A stretch of DNA of 64,000 nucleotides from an uncultured delta proteobacterium (GTDB lineage: Bacteria > Myxococcota_A > Polyangia > Fen-1088). The notes beneath the pieces are model-generated. The model saw only the letters and a program-made list of their open reading frames with translations. It was not told where the DNA came from and searched no databases. Made by a program: the position numbers and the translations under genes. The stretch lies in contig CAWCMR010000025.1 of assembly GCA_963796685.1 (NCBI GenBank), positions 1,440,001 through 1,504,000 on the forward strand, written 5' to 3'. Numbering within the stretch: the stretch's first letter is position 1; every line of letters begins with the position of its first letter. Below, piece by piece: positions 12,281-23,409 of the stretch.

Positions 12281-13018
12281 ATGGAATCGATCGTCACCTC
12301 ACGCCAGACAAACAGGACATTCCCGCCCAGCAAGTCGCGCGCCGCGTCGGCCTTGGCTCTGCCCAAGGTGCTTCTGTGCGACCTCGATGGCACCCTGATC
12401 GACACCATGCCCATTCTGGCTGACCTGGCCACGGAAGTCATGATCGGCATGTATGGGGTTCCCAAGACGTTGGCGCGCGAGCTCTACTTGGCGACTTGCG
12501 GCCTGCCCTTCATTGCGCAGCTCGAGGACATCTTTCCGGGCGACGCACGCAACCAGGCAGCCTCGGATCTGTTCGAGAGTGGCAAGCCCCCCCGTTGCAA
12601 TGCTGCCCGTATGCCGGCGGACACCCGCGCGGCCCTCATGGAGCTGCGCCGCCGGGGCGTGCGTATCGCGGTTTCCTCGAACAACGGCCGCGACAACGTC
12701 GAGGCTTTTGCCCGCAGCGCCGATTTCTCCTTCGACCTCGTCATGGGCTACGGCAACGGGCTGTCCAAGGGTCGGCCGCACGTGCAGATGGTCGAGCGCG
12801 TGTTCGGCGTGGGTCGCGGCCAGATGCTCTTCATCGGCGACTCGCTTCACGACGGCGAGATCGCGCATGCCGAGGGTCTGTCCTTCGTCGGCGTGGCGGG
12901 AACTTTCTCCAAAGAGAGCTTCTTGCTCCGCTTTCCCGGGCAGCCGGTGGTGCACCGCTTTGACGAGCTGCTCGGTCTCTTCGAGGCTCCGGCCGCGGCC
13001 GTGGCTGCCGGGTACTAG
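12281..13018 (+). CDS. HAD-family hydrolase (phosphatase)
   Basis: DLDGTLID motif I, SSN motif II, KGRP, IGDSLHD motif IV. Confidence 0.88.
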   Translation: MESIVTSRQTNRTFPPSKSRAASALALPKVLLCDLDGTLIDTMPILADLATEVMIGMYGVPKTLARELYLATCGLPFIAQLEDIFPGDARNQAASDLFESGKPPRCNAARMPADTRAALMELRRRGVRIAVSSNNGRDNVEAFARSADFSFDLVMGYGNGLSKGRPHVQMVERVFGVGRGQMLFIGDSLHDGEIAHAEGLSFVGVAGTFSKESFLLRFPGQPVVHRFDELLGLFEAPAAAVAAGY

Positions 13019-13026
13019 GATCGGCC

Positions 13027-13767
13027 ATGAACGTGGTGCTGCTGGCAGCCGGGCTGGGAAGCCGACTCGGCCCGCTCACCCGGGATCTGCCCAAGGCGCT
13101 GATTCCCGTCGCCGGCAAGCCGCTCTTGCTTCACGCCGTGTCCTTTGCCGCAAGTTTGCGCCCCACGCGCATCATCGTGGTGGGCGGATTCTGCTTCTCG
13201 CGAGTGAAGGACGTCCTGGGGAGCGCTCCCCACGCGGAAGCTGCTGCGCTGCCCATCGACTTGGTCGAGAACACGCAGTTTCGTGACGGCAACTTGGTGT
13301 CGCTGCTCACCGCCAAGCCGCTTGTCACCGAGGGCTTTCTGGTCATGAACGTGGACCACATCTATCGGCCCAGCATCGCGGAAGTGGTTGCGCCCGAGGT
13401 GAGCGCGGTGACCGCGTTCATCGACACCGACCGCAAGCTCGGCCACGACGACATGAAGGTCGAACGCGGTACCGATGGCCGTATCGTCGCCATCGCCAAA
13501 ACATTGACGAAATTCGACTGCGGCTACGTGGGCATGACCCGCGTACCGACGGCATTGCTCGGCCGCTATTTCGAGGAGGCCGATCGCGCCCTCGCCGAGG
13601 AAGGCCGCGCCATCCATGTCGAGCGCATCCTGGGCCGACTGGCCCGAACCGGCTTCGCCCCCACCTGCCGGGACATCAGCGGCCATGGCTGGTTGGAGGT
13701 CGACACCCCCGACGAGCGCGCGGCGGCCGAGGCGACGCTGGCCGCCGGCGCGGGCCGCTGGGCTTGA
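13027..13767 (+). CDS. NTP-transferase (LicC/IPCT-like cytidylyltransferase)
   Basis: LAAGLGSRLGPLT...PKAL, DDMKV, WLEVDTPDE. Confidence 0.85.
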   Translation: MNVVLLAAGLGSRLGPLTRDLPKALIPVAGKPLLLHAVSFAASLRPTRIIVVGGFCFSRVKDVLGSAPHAEAAALPIDLVENTQFRDGNLVSLLTAKPLVTEGFLVMNVDHIYRPSIAEVVAPEVSAVTAFIDTDRKLGHDDMKVERGTDGRIVAIAKTLTKFDCGYVGMTRVPTALLGRYFEEADRALAEEGRAIHVERILGRLARTGFAPTCRDISGHGWLEVDTPDERAAAEATLAAGAGRWA

Positions 13768-13774
13768 CCCTCGC

Positions 13775-15052
13775 ATGAGCGGAGCCGGCCAGACCCTCTG
13801 GTTTCCCTACGCCCAGATGCAGGGGCTGGAGATCCAGAACGAGGTGGTGCGTGCCGAGGGCGTTCGTCTGCACCTGCGCGACGGACGCACCCTGATCGAT
13901 GCTATCGCCAGTTGGTGGTGCGTGATTCACGGGTACAACCATCCCGAGCTGAATGCGGCCCTGCGTGCGCAGGCAGAGGATTTCGCGCACGTCATGCTGG
14001 GCGGTCTCACGCACGCGCCGGCGCAGCGCCTGGCGGATCGTCTGGTGGCGTTGGCGCCCCCCGGCCTCGCGCACGTGTTCTTCGCGGACTCGGGCTCGGT
14101 GGGCATGGAAGTGGCCATGAAGATGGCCGTGCAGTACTGGAAGAACCTCGGGGTGCCGGGTAAGCACGCGTTTCTGTCTTTGCGCCACGCCTACCACGGC
14201 GACACCACGGGCGTGATGAGCCTCGGCGATCCGGAAGACGGCATGCACCGCTTGTTCGCGGGCTATCTGCCCAAGCAGCACTTCGTGCCCCCGCCCGAGG
14301 GCATGGGGGGCGGGCGCGGCGCGATCCGGCGCTCGGTCGACGAGGCGTTGTCCGCGCTGGCAGAGACCCTGCGCCTTTGCGCGCACGAGATCGCCGCCTT
14401 TGCCTGCGAGCCGCTTCTGCAGGGCGCGGGCGGTTTCAACTTCTATCCGCCCACCTATCTCGCCGAGGCGCGTCGCTTGTGCGACGAGCACGGCGTGCTG
14501 CTCATCTGCGACGAGGTGGCCACGGGTTTCGGTCGCACCGGAACCCTGTTCGCGTGCGAGCAGGCCGGCATCACCCCGGACGTCATGGTGCTGGCCAAGG
14601 GGCTCACCGCCGGGTACCTGGGACTGTCCGCGACCCTGGCCACCGATCGCGTGTTCGCAGCCTTTCTCGGCGACGGTCAGGACAAGGCGTTCATGCACGG
14701 GCCGACCTTCATGGGCAACGCCCTGGCCTGCGCCGTGGCCCTGGCGAGCCTGCACCTCTTCGAGCGCGATGGGTACCTCGACAAGATCCGGCGTATCGAG
14801 GACATCCTGCGCGAGGAGTTGCTCGGCCTGCGCGCGGATGCCGTCGCCGAAACGCGCGTGTTCGGAGCCTGCGGCGTCATCGAGGTTCACGAGGCCAAGG
14901 CGTGGCAAGGCATTCAGGCCTTCGCCAGCCAGCGCGGGGTGTGGTTGCGGCCCTTCGACAAGGTCGTTTACACCATGCCGGCCTACGTGATCGACGAGGC
15001 AAGTCTGCGCCAAGTGTGCCGGACCATGCGGGCCTGGTTCGGGTCAAGCTAG
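13775..15052 (+). CDS. bioA: Adenosylmethionine-8-amino-7-oxononanoate aminotransferase
   Basis: LWFPYAQM, DAIASWWCVIHGYNHP, SGSVGMEVAMKMA, YHGDT, DEVATGFGRTG, AKGLTAG, HGPTFMGN. Confidence 0.95.
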   Translation: MSGAGQTLWFPYAQMQGLEIQNEVVRAEGVRLHLRDGRTLIDAIASWWCVIHGYNHPELNAALRAQAEDFAHVMLGGLTHAPAQRLADRLVALAPPGLAHVFFADSGSVGMEVAMKMAVQYWKNLGVPGKHAFLSLRHAYHGDTTGVMSLGDPEDGMHRLFAGYLPKQHFVPPPEGMGGGRGAIRRSVDEALSALAETLRLCAHEIAAFACEPLLQGAGGFNFYPPTYLAEARRLCDEHGVLLICDEVATGFGRTGTLFACEQAGITPDVMVLAKGLTAGYLGLSATLATDRVFAAFLGDGQDKAFMHGPTFMGNALACAVALASLHLFERDGYLDKIRRIEDILREELLGLRADAVAETRVFGACGVIEVHEAKAWQGIQAFASQRGVWLRPFDKVVYTMPAYVIDEASLRQVCRTMRAWFGSS

Positions 15053-15058
15053 GGCTCC

Positions 15059-16282
15059 ATGGCCATCGCCGACGCCTCCTCCGTTTTGCAGAGCCGAAAC
15101 GTCATTCTCTTCCTGGCAGCCCGCTTCTGCTCGGCCATGGCGCGCATGATGGTCAGCGTGGCCGTGGGCTGGCAGGTCTACGCGCTCACTCACAGCGCCT
15201 TCGCGCTCGGCATGGTGGGCCTGGCGCAATTTCTGCCGGCGTTTCTTCTCACCTTGCCCGGGGGACTGGCGGCGGATCGGTTCGATCGGCGCACCATGCT
15301 GCTGGCCTCCCTCACGCTGGAGATCCTGGTCGGAGCGGCCTTGCTCGCGCTGTCCTTGCGCCCGTCCCCGAGCGCGACGTGGATTTTCGGCGTGATTGCC
15401 TTCATCGGCGTGGGGCGTGCCTTCATGGCCCCGGCCAACAGCGCGCTGCTGCCCTTGCTCGTCCCGCCCGAGCTCTTTCCGCGCGCGGTGGCCTGGAATT
15501 CCACCGCGTTTCAAGTCGCCACCATCGCGGGCCCGGCCCTCGGCGGAATTCTCTACACCCTCGGTCCGTGGCTGGTCTACGGCACCTCGACCGGGCTCCT
15601 TATCACGGGTTTCGCCCTCATCGCCAGCATGCGCGGCCGCTACCGGGCGCATAGCGGCTCGGCCGGTTGGCACGGATTGCTCGAGGGCGTGCGCTACGTG
15701 TTCGCCAAGAAGGCCATCCTGGGCGCCATCTCGCTCGATCTGTTCGCAGTGCTGTTCGGTGGGGCCACCGCGCTTCTGCCCATCTTCGCCCGCGACATCC
15801 TGCGCACGGGGCCGTGGGGCCTGGGCCTTCTGCGCAGCTCGCCCGCCATCGGAGCGGCCATCATGGCCTTGTGGATGGCGCACAATCCCATCCGCGGGGG
15901 TGCCGGCCGGCGCATGTTCGTCGGGGTCGCCCTGTTCGGGGTTTCCACCATCGTCTTCGCGCTCTCGCGCAGCTTCTGGCTCTCCGCCGTCGCGCTCGTC
16001 GTCCTGGGCGGCGCGGACATGGTCAGCGTCATCGTACGCGGTACCCTGGTGCAGGTCTCCACGCCCAATGCCATGCGTGGCCGGGTCAGCGCGGTCAACA
16101 TGCTCTTCATCGGCGCCTCCAACGAGCTCGGCGAGTTCGAGTCCGGTGTCACCGCGGCCTGGTTCGGCACGGTCCCGGCCACGGTGCTGGGCGGCGTGGG
16201 AACCTTGATCGTCGTGCTCTTCTGGCTGCGCCTCTTCCCGACCTTGCGCAAGGCCGATCGACTGGAAAACGCAGTGGAATAG
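15059..16282 (+). CDS. MFS transporter (MFS_3-like)
   Basis: About 12 TM; GLAADRFDRR motif A; AISLDLFAVLFGGATALLP; GASNELGEFESG. Confidence 0.9.
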   Translation: MAIADASSVLQSRNVILFLAARFCSAMARMMVSVAVGWQVYALTHSAFALGMVGLAQFLPAFLLTLPGGLAADRFDRRTMLLASLTLEILVGAALLALSLRPSPSATWIFGVIAFIGVGRAFMAPANSALLPLLVPPELFPRAVAWNSTAFQVATIAGPALGGILYTLGPWLVYGTSTGLLITGFALIASMRGRYRAHSGSAGWHGLLEGVRYVFAKKAILGAISLDLFAVLFGGATALLPIFARDILRTGPWGLGLLRSSPAIGAAIMALWMAHNPIRGGAGRRMFVGVALFGVSTIVFALSRSFWLSAVALVVLGGADMVSVIVRGTLVQVSTPNAMRGRVSAVNMLFIGASNELGEFESGVTAAWFGTVPATVLGGVGTLIVVLFWLRLFPTLRKADRLENAVE

Positions 16283-16342
16283 GCCTACTCCACAAATTGC
16301 TCCAGCAGCACCTGCTGACCTTCGAGGAGATCTCCTGTTGGT

Positions 16343-16558
16343 TCAGGCACGGATCCTGTCCAGAGTGACTCGCTCCCGCGCCGCCTGGGCCTCCTCGAGT
16401 GTGCGGAAACGGAAGACGCCGCGCGGGTAGTCCCGCGGTGCGACGGCGAAGTAGCGCGCGCAATGGCGTGCGAAGCGCTCGAAGCCGTCTCCCGGCGGCA
16501 CGATGATCGCGGCGCGGCCCATCTCCTCGAGCGAATGGAATCTTTGCACGCGGTTCAT
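16343..16558 (-). CDS. Small hypothetical protein coupled to upstream nucleotidyltransferase
   Basis: 71 aa, ATGA overlap with upstream gene; internal repeat RFHSLEE / RFRTLEE. Confidence 0.65.
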   Translation of the reverse strand: MNRVQRFHSLEEMGRAAIIVPPGDGFERFARHCARYFAVAPRDYPRGVFRFRTLEEAQAARERVTLDRIRA

Positions 16559-17034
16559 GACGGTTCATCTTCGATGCCGAACGCCTGGCGCAGCATCGCC
16601 GCGTCCTGGTGGTCGAGCGGTCGGATGGTGCCCCGCTTCAGGCGATAGAGGGCGCCAGGGGTGGCCACACGGATGCGCACGCCTGCTACCGTCTTCGTCT
16701 CCGCTTCCACGGTCTCGTAGCTGGCGGCCGATCCCAGGCGAGTCAGGATGTCGAAGTAGAGATCACCGCTGGGTGGGTAGTAGCGCACCGCCGGGTACTC
16801 GCCGAGCAGGTCCTCGGCTTTGATGTCGTCGATATTCGGATCGTCGCCATAGACCGCCCGAAAAGCACGGCGCAGGCGTTCGATGTTCTCGTATGTGCCC
16901 CGGATGAAGATGTCGAGGTCCTCCGTGGCACGCACCACGCCGTGCACGCCCATGGCCGCCGCCCCGACGAGAACATATTCCACCATCTCCCGGTCGAAGG
17001 CAGCGAGCGCCCGAAGCATTTCGTCTCGATCCAC
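16555..17034 (-). CDS. DUF6036/AbiEii-like nucleotidyltransferase
   Basis: C-terminal 159 aa of ORF 16555..18399 from GTG 17034: YVLVGAAAMGVHGVVRATEDLDIFI and K..TIRPLDHQD. Confidence 0.8.
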   Translation of the reverse strand: MDRDEMLRALAAFDREMVEYVLVGAAAMGVHGVVRATEDLDIFIRGTYENIERLRRAFRAVYGDDPNIDDIKAEDLLGEYPAVRYYPPSGDLYFDILTRLGSAASYETVEAETKTVAGVRIRVATPGALYRLKRGTIRPLDHQDAAMLRQAFGIEDEPS

Positions 17035-17154
17035 TCCGCAAGCGTACCCCGTCCCGCGCCAATCCCCAAGCCGAAGGCGGACCAGGGCGCGGGCAACGCT
17101 CAGGCAAGGCCGACCGACTGGAAAACGCCGTCGAATAGCGGGAAGCTGACCGCC

Positions 17155-18135
17155 ATGCCTCGCCGTGTATTTCTGCTTTCGTTGCTGTTCGTTCTTCTCG
17201 GTGCCTCGGCCTTCGATCCGGGAACGCGCCCGCGCGAGCGCAACGCCATCCTCATCTCGTGGGATGGGGCCCTGCGCGAGCACGTGCACGGCGATATCGC
17301 GCGCGGCAAGCTCCCCAACCTGGCCAAGCTCGCCCGCATGGGCGCACTCGTGGATATGGATGTCACCGGTCACCAGACCGACACCAAGGCCGGGCACGCG
17401 GAGATGCTCACCGGGTACGGTCCCGCGCTCACGGGCGTGTACTCGGATGGCAAGTTCGACCCGATCCCGCGCGGCTACTCGATCTTCGAGCGGCTGACCC
17501 AAGCCTTCGGCAAGCAGGGCATCACCACCATCATGCTGACCGGCAAGGATCACAACCTCGGCTCGCGCGGTCCCGGCCTGCTCAGCCACGGCGAGCCCTT
17601 CTACCTGGTTCGCCCGGACATCACGGTGTGGGACGGCGACGAGATGCGGCCGGCCTCTGTGGTCGGCGAGAAGGCCGTGCGCTACATCCGCGAGTACGCC
17701 AAGAAGGGGCGATTCTTCCTCTTCATCCACTTCGCCGACATCGATCTGAGCGGCCACGGCCACGGCGAGGCCTCGCAGGCGTACGACAGCGCCATGGTCG
17801 AATGCGATGGTTGGCTGGGCAGGATCATGACCGAGCTCGAAACCCAAGGCATCGACCGCCGCACCTTGCTCTATGTCAGCGCCGATCACGGGTTCGAGGT
17901 CGGAGCCAAGAACCACGCAAACGCGCCCCACATCTTCCTTGCCGCGAACGATCCATCCGTGGCCACGGCTGGCCAGCAGCGCGACATCGCGCCGACCATC
18001 CTGCGCGCCATGGGCGTGGAGCTGAACAAGATCGTTCCAGCACTTCCCGGCAGACCACTCGGAAATAGGGCAGCTAGAGCACCGAATGGGTTGAAACCCG
18101 AGCAATTCCCGGATTCTAACCACAGAGAACACTGA
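17155..18135 (+). CDS. Alkaline phosphatase superfamily (phosphodiesterase/nucleotide pyrophosphatase-like) secreted protein
   Basis: Signal peptide; LISWDG, TKAGHAEMLTG, DIDLSGH, SADHG, DIAPTIL. Confidence 0.85.
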   Translation: MPRRVFLLSLLFVLLGASAFDPGTRPRERNAILISWDGALREHVHGDIARGKLPNLAKLARMGALVDMDVTGHQTDTKAGHAEMLTGYGPALTGVYSDGKFDPIPRGYSIFERLTQAFGKQGITTIMLTGKDHNLGSRGPGLLSHGEPFYLVRPDITVWDGDEMRPASVVGEKAVRYIREYAKKGRFFLFIHFADIDLSGHGHGEASQAYDSAMVECDGWLGRIMTELETQGIDRRTLLYVSADHGFEVGAKNHANAPHIFLAANDPSVATAGQQRDIAPTILRAMGVELNKIVPALPGRPLGNRAARAPNGLKPEQFPDSNHREH

Positions 18136-18166
18136 GACGGATGCTAGGGTGCGCTTCGGCGACCGC

Positions 18167-18523
18167 TTACCAGCAGGACAACCCGACCCCGATGAGGTTG
18201 CGTTCCCCGGGCTTGCAGTAGCCGCGCGTCGCCCCCGGCGTGGGACAGGCGGCGACGTCCTGGCAGACCGCCCCTTGCGGGCAGTCTTCGTCGATGGCGC
18301 AGGAGGCGGTGCAGCCTTGCAGGATGCATCCCTGCTCGGCAGCCACGTTCTCGAAGACACCCAAACCACCGCTGCAGCTGAGATCCGAAACGGCCCCATA
18401 AGCCCCTGCGGTGAGCTGGCTCATGACCTTCGGGTCGCAGCGACCGAGCCAGTCTTTCACCACGAGCGCTGGTGGCACCTCAGCCGCGGCTTGCCTCGCA
18501 ATATAGGCGGCGGCTTCGCTCAC
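18167..18523 (-). pseudogene. Cys-rich C-terminal fragment of a myxobacterial-type secreted protein
   Basis: CTASCAIDEDCPQGAVC motif; no signal peptide or convincing start. Confidence 0.4.
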
Positions 18524-18609
18524 GGCTCTGCTTGGCGCGATTCTTCCTAGGCGAGTCGAGCGCTCTATTTCGGCCTTGCTCGTGGCGTGCTGGGGGGCAT
18601 GCTGGATGG

Positions 18610-19608
<999 letters not shown>

Positions 19609-19639
19609 CGCCATTACGAACCGTCTCCCCCAGCATCCG

Positions 19640-19955
19640 GAAGGCCGGCAGGGTCGTGAACGCGCCGGTCATCTCGATGACCAGCACGATGCCTGTGATC
19701 GGTGCGCGCACGACCCCGGTGAAGAACGCGGCCATGCCGGCGACTGCGAACGCCCGACATGTCACCAGAGGCCGCTGCAGTAACGTGAAACAGCGGCGCA
19801 TCGCCGAGGAACACGCGTGCCACGAGGATCGCGCTGGACGATGCACCCAGCGCCGCCAGGGCGAGCTGGCTCTCGAAGCGACGGTGCAACTCCTCGAGCA
19901 CGAATAGCGCGCCTGCGATAGGCGCATTGAAGGCCACGGCGAGTCCGGTGCCGAC
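19640..19955 (-). pseudogene. ClC H+/Cl- antiporter remnant (two non-adjacent internal pieces)
   Basis: GLAVAFNAPIAGALFVLEE in one frame joined to AVAGMAAFFTGVVRAPITGIVLVIEMTG in another; intervening part and both ends missing. Confidence 0.8.
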
Positions 19956-20087
19956 GTTCTTCTCCCTGGCGACGACGGTCCGGGGCAACATCGTGCTGGC
20001 CGTTGCCAAGCTGTCGATGTCCCCGAGGCCCAAATGCTCTACATCGAGCTCGACAGCTCCCGGCTCCCTTGATCTCGCTGACAGGTA

Positions 20088-21329
20088 CTACTTCTGGCAG
20101 ACGTGGACGTAGTCGATCACCATCTTCTGCGGGAAGACCGTGGTGGAGTCGGGGTTGCCCGGCCAGTCACCGCCAACCGCCAGGTTCAAGATGAAGAAGA
20201 ATCCATGATCGAAGACCCAGGTGTTGCCCTGGATGTCGGCAGGGGTCTTGGTCGAGTAGAGGTTGCCGTCGACGTACCAGCGAATGGCATTGGCTTCCCA
20301 CTCGATTGCGAAAACGTGAAAGTCGTCGGAGAACTTGGCGTCACTCGGGAGGGTGTAAGACGCCGTGGGCCCGGCCGAGCCGGAATAGCCGGGGCCATGC
20401 ATGGTTCCGTGGGCGATCGACGGCTCGCGCCCGAGGTTTTCCATGATGTCGATCTCGCCGGTGTTCGGCCACGAGTTTCCGCCCAGCATCCAGAAAGCCG
20501 GCCACATGCCCTGGCCGTACGGCAGCTTCATGCGCCCCTCGAAGCGTCCATAGGTAAAGGTCTTCTTGCCCTCGGTCTTGAGGCGCGCGGAGGTGTACTG
20601 CCTGCCTTCGCGAGCCTCCTTGCGCGCCTCGATGACCAGGTTGCCGTCGCCGTCCAGCGAGGCGTTGGTCGTGCCGGAGGTGTAGTCTTGAAGCTCGCCG
20701 TTGTACCAGTTGGGGCCAGTGTCATACGTCCACTTGCTGGCGTCAGCGGCCGCGCCAGCGGCGCCCTCGAAGTCGTCGCTCCAAACCAGCTTCCACGTGG
20801 TGTCCGGACACTTGGCGGACGTAACCGCCCCGCCCGTTCCGTTCCCCGTCGCACCGCCCGCTGCCGCTCCACCGGTACTCTGAACACCGCCGGTGCCGCT
20901 CCCACCCCCCGAGCCTTGCCTGCCGCCGCTCGCGACCGAGCCTCCCGACGAGGCCGAGCCTCCCGCACCGCTATCGGCGACGGTGCCCCCAGTTGCTGAC
21001 GAGCCGCCGGCACCAACCTTGCCACCCGCGCCGGCGCTGGTCCCGCCCCTCCCCGTGACGCCACCGGTGGGAAGCGCGCCGCCGGTGCCTCTGTCGACGC
21101 TGGTGCCGCCGGTGGGCAACGCGCCACCGGCGCCGCTGTCGCCGCTGGTGCCGCCCGTGGACAACGCGCCGCCGGCACCGCTGCCGCCGGTTCCTACGAT
21201 CCCGCCGGTTTCTGGTTGCCCACCCGATCCCGAACCTCCCTTCCCGGTCGCGCCGGATCCACCCGACGTGCAAGCCGCGAGTGCAGCGGACGCCAGTACG
21301 AAGAACAGACTGGACACACGTCTTCGCAT
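20088..21329 (-). CDS. GH16 beta-glucanase (laminarinase-like) lipoprotein with Gly/Ser/Thr linker
   Basis: Lipobox ALAAC; WSDDF, YTSARL, GMWPAFW, GEIDIME catalytic motif, LNLAVGG. Confidence 0.92.
   Translation of the reverse strand: MRRRVSSLFFVLASAALAACTSGGSGATGKGGSGSGGQPETGGIVGTGGSGAGGALSTGGTSGDSGAGGALPTGGTSVDRGTGGALPTGGVTGRGGTSAGAGGKVGAGGSSATGGTVADSGAGGSASSGGSVASGGRQGSGGGSGTGGVQSTGGAAAGGATGNGTGGAVTSAKCPDTTWKLVWSDDFEGAAGAAADASKWTYDTGPNWYNGELQDYTSGTTNASLDGDGNLVIEARKEAREGRQYTSARLKTEGKKTFTYGRFEGRMKLPYGQGMWPAFWMLGGNSWPNTGEIDIMENLGREPSIAHGTMHGPGYSGSAGPTASYTLPSDAKFSDDFHVFAIEWEANAIRWYVDGNLYSTKTPADIQGNTWVFDHGFFFILNLAVGGDWPGNPDSTTVFPQKMVIDYVHVCQK
21061..21183 (-). repeat. Degenerate 45-bp tandem repeat (about 2.7 copies) in GH16 linker
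   Basis: Encodes GAGGALSTGGTSGDS / GAGGALPTGGTSVDR / GTGGALPTGG. Confidence 0.7.
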
Positions 21330-21600
21330 GAGGAGCTCCTTGCATCGAGCATACTGGTCTTCCCGGACCGCATCCTGGAAAGTCGAGCCGTGCTCTGCCT
21401 TTTCCCAAGAAAGGCGATGGCGAGGGCAATCGTGACGAGCGTGGTGAACCAAGGACGACGGTGTCGCCGGTTGGGCCTGGCGCCGTGCTGTCGAAGCGCT
21501 GATGTGCATGGCTGGGGCGCTTGAAGGCCGTCACCTACGCCGAATTGGGAAGAATCGGATGCCATCGGCGATCGGCACACTTTCCGCTATCCTTCTGGAC

Positions 21601-22356
21601 ATGCCAGGCAAAAGGAAGCGGAGCATCACGCCCCTGATGGTTGGACATCGTCTGGACGAGCAAGACGCCTTCGACCGCACGACGGAGCACTTCTTGACCG
21701 AAGGCGAAGAGCATGAGGCGCGCGGGTGGGAAGATGTCCTGCCGCTGGATGACGAGCCTGGGATGAGGCCCCGACGTGGATCCGTCGACAAGGTCCCTCG
21801 CCGACGGGGCGCCGTCGTTGCTGTTGTCGCGCTCTGCGTTTGTCTGGTCTTGGCGGCCGCGGCCGGCGGCTTTGCGCTTTTCGCGAAGGGGCGTGTTGGA
21901 GAACCCATGGCGACCATCCGCGCGTGGTTGTCGGTGACGTCTCGCGAATCGACCGCGGTGCGTCCGCCGAATCCAAAATCGCCACAGACACCACGACAGA
22001 CCAACACACCGTCGCTCGGGCCGGCGCTTGCGCCAAGCCCGGCGATGCCACAGGTCCCTGCCGCCGCGCCGCCGGCTAGCGAGGCGGTCGCGATTCCCGC
22101 AAAAGGTCTACGCCCCGAGGACAAGACCGAACATGGGACGACGCCTTTGCCGGATCTCGAGGGCCAGGAGAGACTGAGAAAAGACGCACTCGCCACGCGC
22201 AGACGACGCCATCGCGGCCAGGCGCAAGACGATTACGTCTGGTCTGCGGAGCTGAACGCGTTGGTTCACGCCTCGTCGCTGCCGAGCGTAGCGCAACCGT
22301 CGGCGCAATCGGACGCAGCAACGGGTCGCCATCCTGCTTCCCAGAGCCCGCGTTGA
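21601..22356 (+). CDS. Hypothetical single-TM protein with Pro-rich C-terminal region
   Basis: ATG 21601 in ORF 21502..22356; acidic N-terminus, TM AVVAVVALCVCLVLAAAAGG. Confidence 0.55.
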   Translation: MPGKRKRSITPLMVGHRLDEQDAFDRTTEHFLTEGEEHEARGWEDVLPLDDEPGMRPRRGSVDKVPRRRGAVVAVVALCVCLVLAAAAGGFALFAKGRVGEPMATIRAWLSVTSRESTAVRPPNPKSPQTPRQTNTPSLGPALAPSPAMPQVPAAAPPASEAVAIPAKGLRPEDKTEHGTTPLPDLEGQERLRKDALATRRRRHRGQAQDDYVWSAELNALVHASSLPSVAQPSAQSDAATGRHPASQSPR

Positions 22357-22423
22357 GAACGCGGGCGCCTCGTCGTACACCCGTTCGCTGGCTCAGGATT
22401 TCGCGACCTCATCCAACCTGCAG

Positions 22424-23344
22424 CTACTCGCGGCGAAAGGACGTGGCGAACGCGGGCTTGGTAATCTCGTGACCCACGACCAGCCGACCCGGGCCGGCCC
22501 AAAACACTTGCATCGAAGGATCTGTTGCATCGGGTGGTAGCGGCCAGACGTTGTCACCATGGGGATTGTCGAACTCGACCAACACCACCAGCTTCGGCTG
22601 GGCTCCGCCTTCGATGAGGGCCAGGCTCCTGCCGTCCGAGGACCACGCCGGCGTGCCCTGGATTCTGGTGACGCCGGTCCGCGGGTAAACCTGGGCCCCG
22701 TCGGCGCCGAGCCATTCCCGACCGGGAGCGCCACCCACCCAGGCGACGTGAGCCCCGGTGGGCGAGAAGGCGAAGCTGCGGCCCTCGCAAACCATGGGTG
22801 CGGCGATCGGCGTGAGCGGCTGGATCACATAGACCACGGCGGGGGCAGGCGGCGTCTTCTTCTTGCCGTGCCGTCTCGGCCCGGTCGCGTGCTTGTCGAG
22901 AGCAGGCGTCGGCGGCGTAATCCGGTAGACCAGACGAGATTCGTCAAGAAGGCGTAGATCCTCGACCACGCCGGGGCGTGCGGCGGCGACCTCGGCGCTC
23001 GGCTCGCCCGAGGCACGGAAGACCGTGAGTCGATAGGGGGCGCCGTTTCCCGCCCCCTCCTTGGGCGAGATGGCCACCGCGTAGCTGGTTCGACCTGGGC
23101 TCCACTTGAGCTGAGCGAGCTCGACGCCCAGCCTCGCAGCCACGGCCTCCGGCGATTCCACGACCTTCGTCTCTCGCCTGGGCGGAGGTGCCTTGGGCGG
23201 CCTGGTGGCGGGGAGTGGTGAGCGCAGGTTGTCGTGGGACCGGTTGTCGGGATTGGACGCGCACGCCAGCGTGGCGGTGACGACCGCCGTCACCAACGCG
23301 ATCTCGGCATGGTGCAAGGACGGCCTCCGGCTCTGGTACTTCAT
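22424..23344 (-). CDS. Putative lipoprotein with TolB/PD40-like beta-propeller repeats
   Basis: TLAC lipobox; KWSPG, AFSPTG, PAWSSDG repeats. Confidence 0.7.
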   Translation of the reverse strand: MKYQSRRPSLHHAEIALVTAVVTATLACASNPDNRSHDNLRSPLPATRPPKAPPPRRETKVVESPEAVAARLGVELAQLKWSPGRTSYAVAISPKEGAGNGAPYRLTVFRASGEPSAEVAAARPGVVEDLRLLDESRLVYRITPPTPALDKHATGPRRHGKKKTPPAPAVVYVIQPLTPIAAPMVCEGRSFAFSPTGAHVAWVGGAPGREWLGADGAQVYPRTGVTRIQGTPAWSSDGRSLALIEGGAQPKLVVLVEFDNPHGDNVWPLPPDATDPSMQVFWAGPGRLVVGHEITKPAFATSFRRE

Positions 23345-23409
23345 CGGAAGATGCTCCCGGCGCGAACGCCGAAAGTCAACCTGCGCGCGCGTCGCCGCGC
23401 GAGGGCTGG

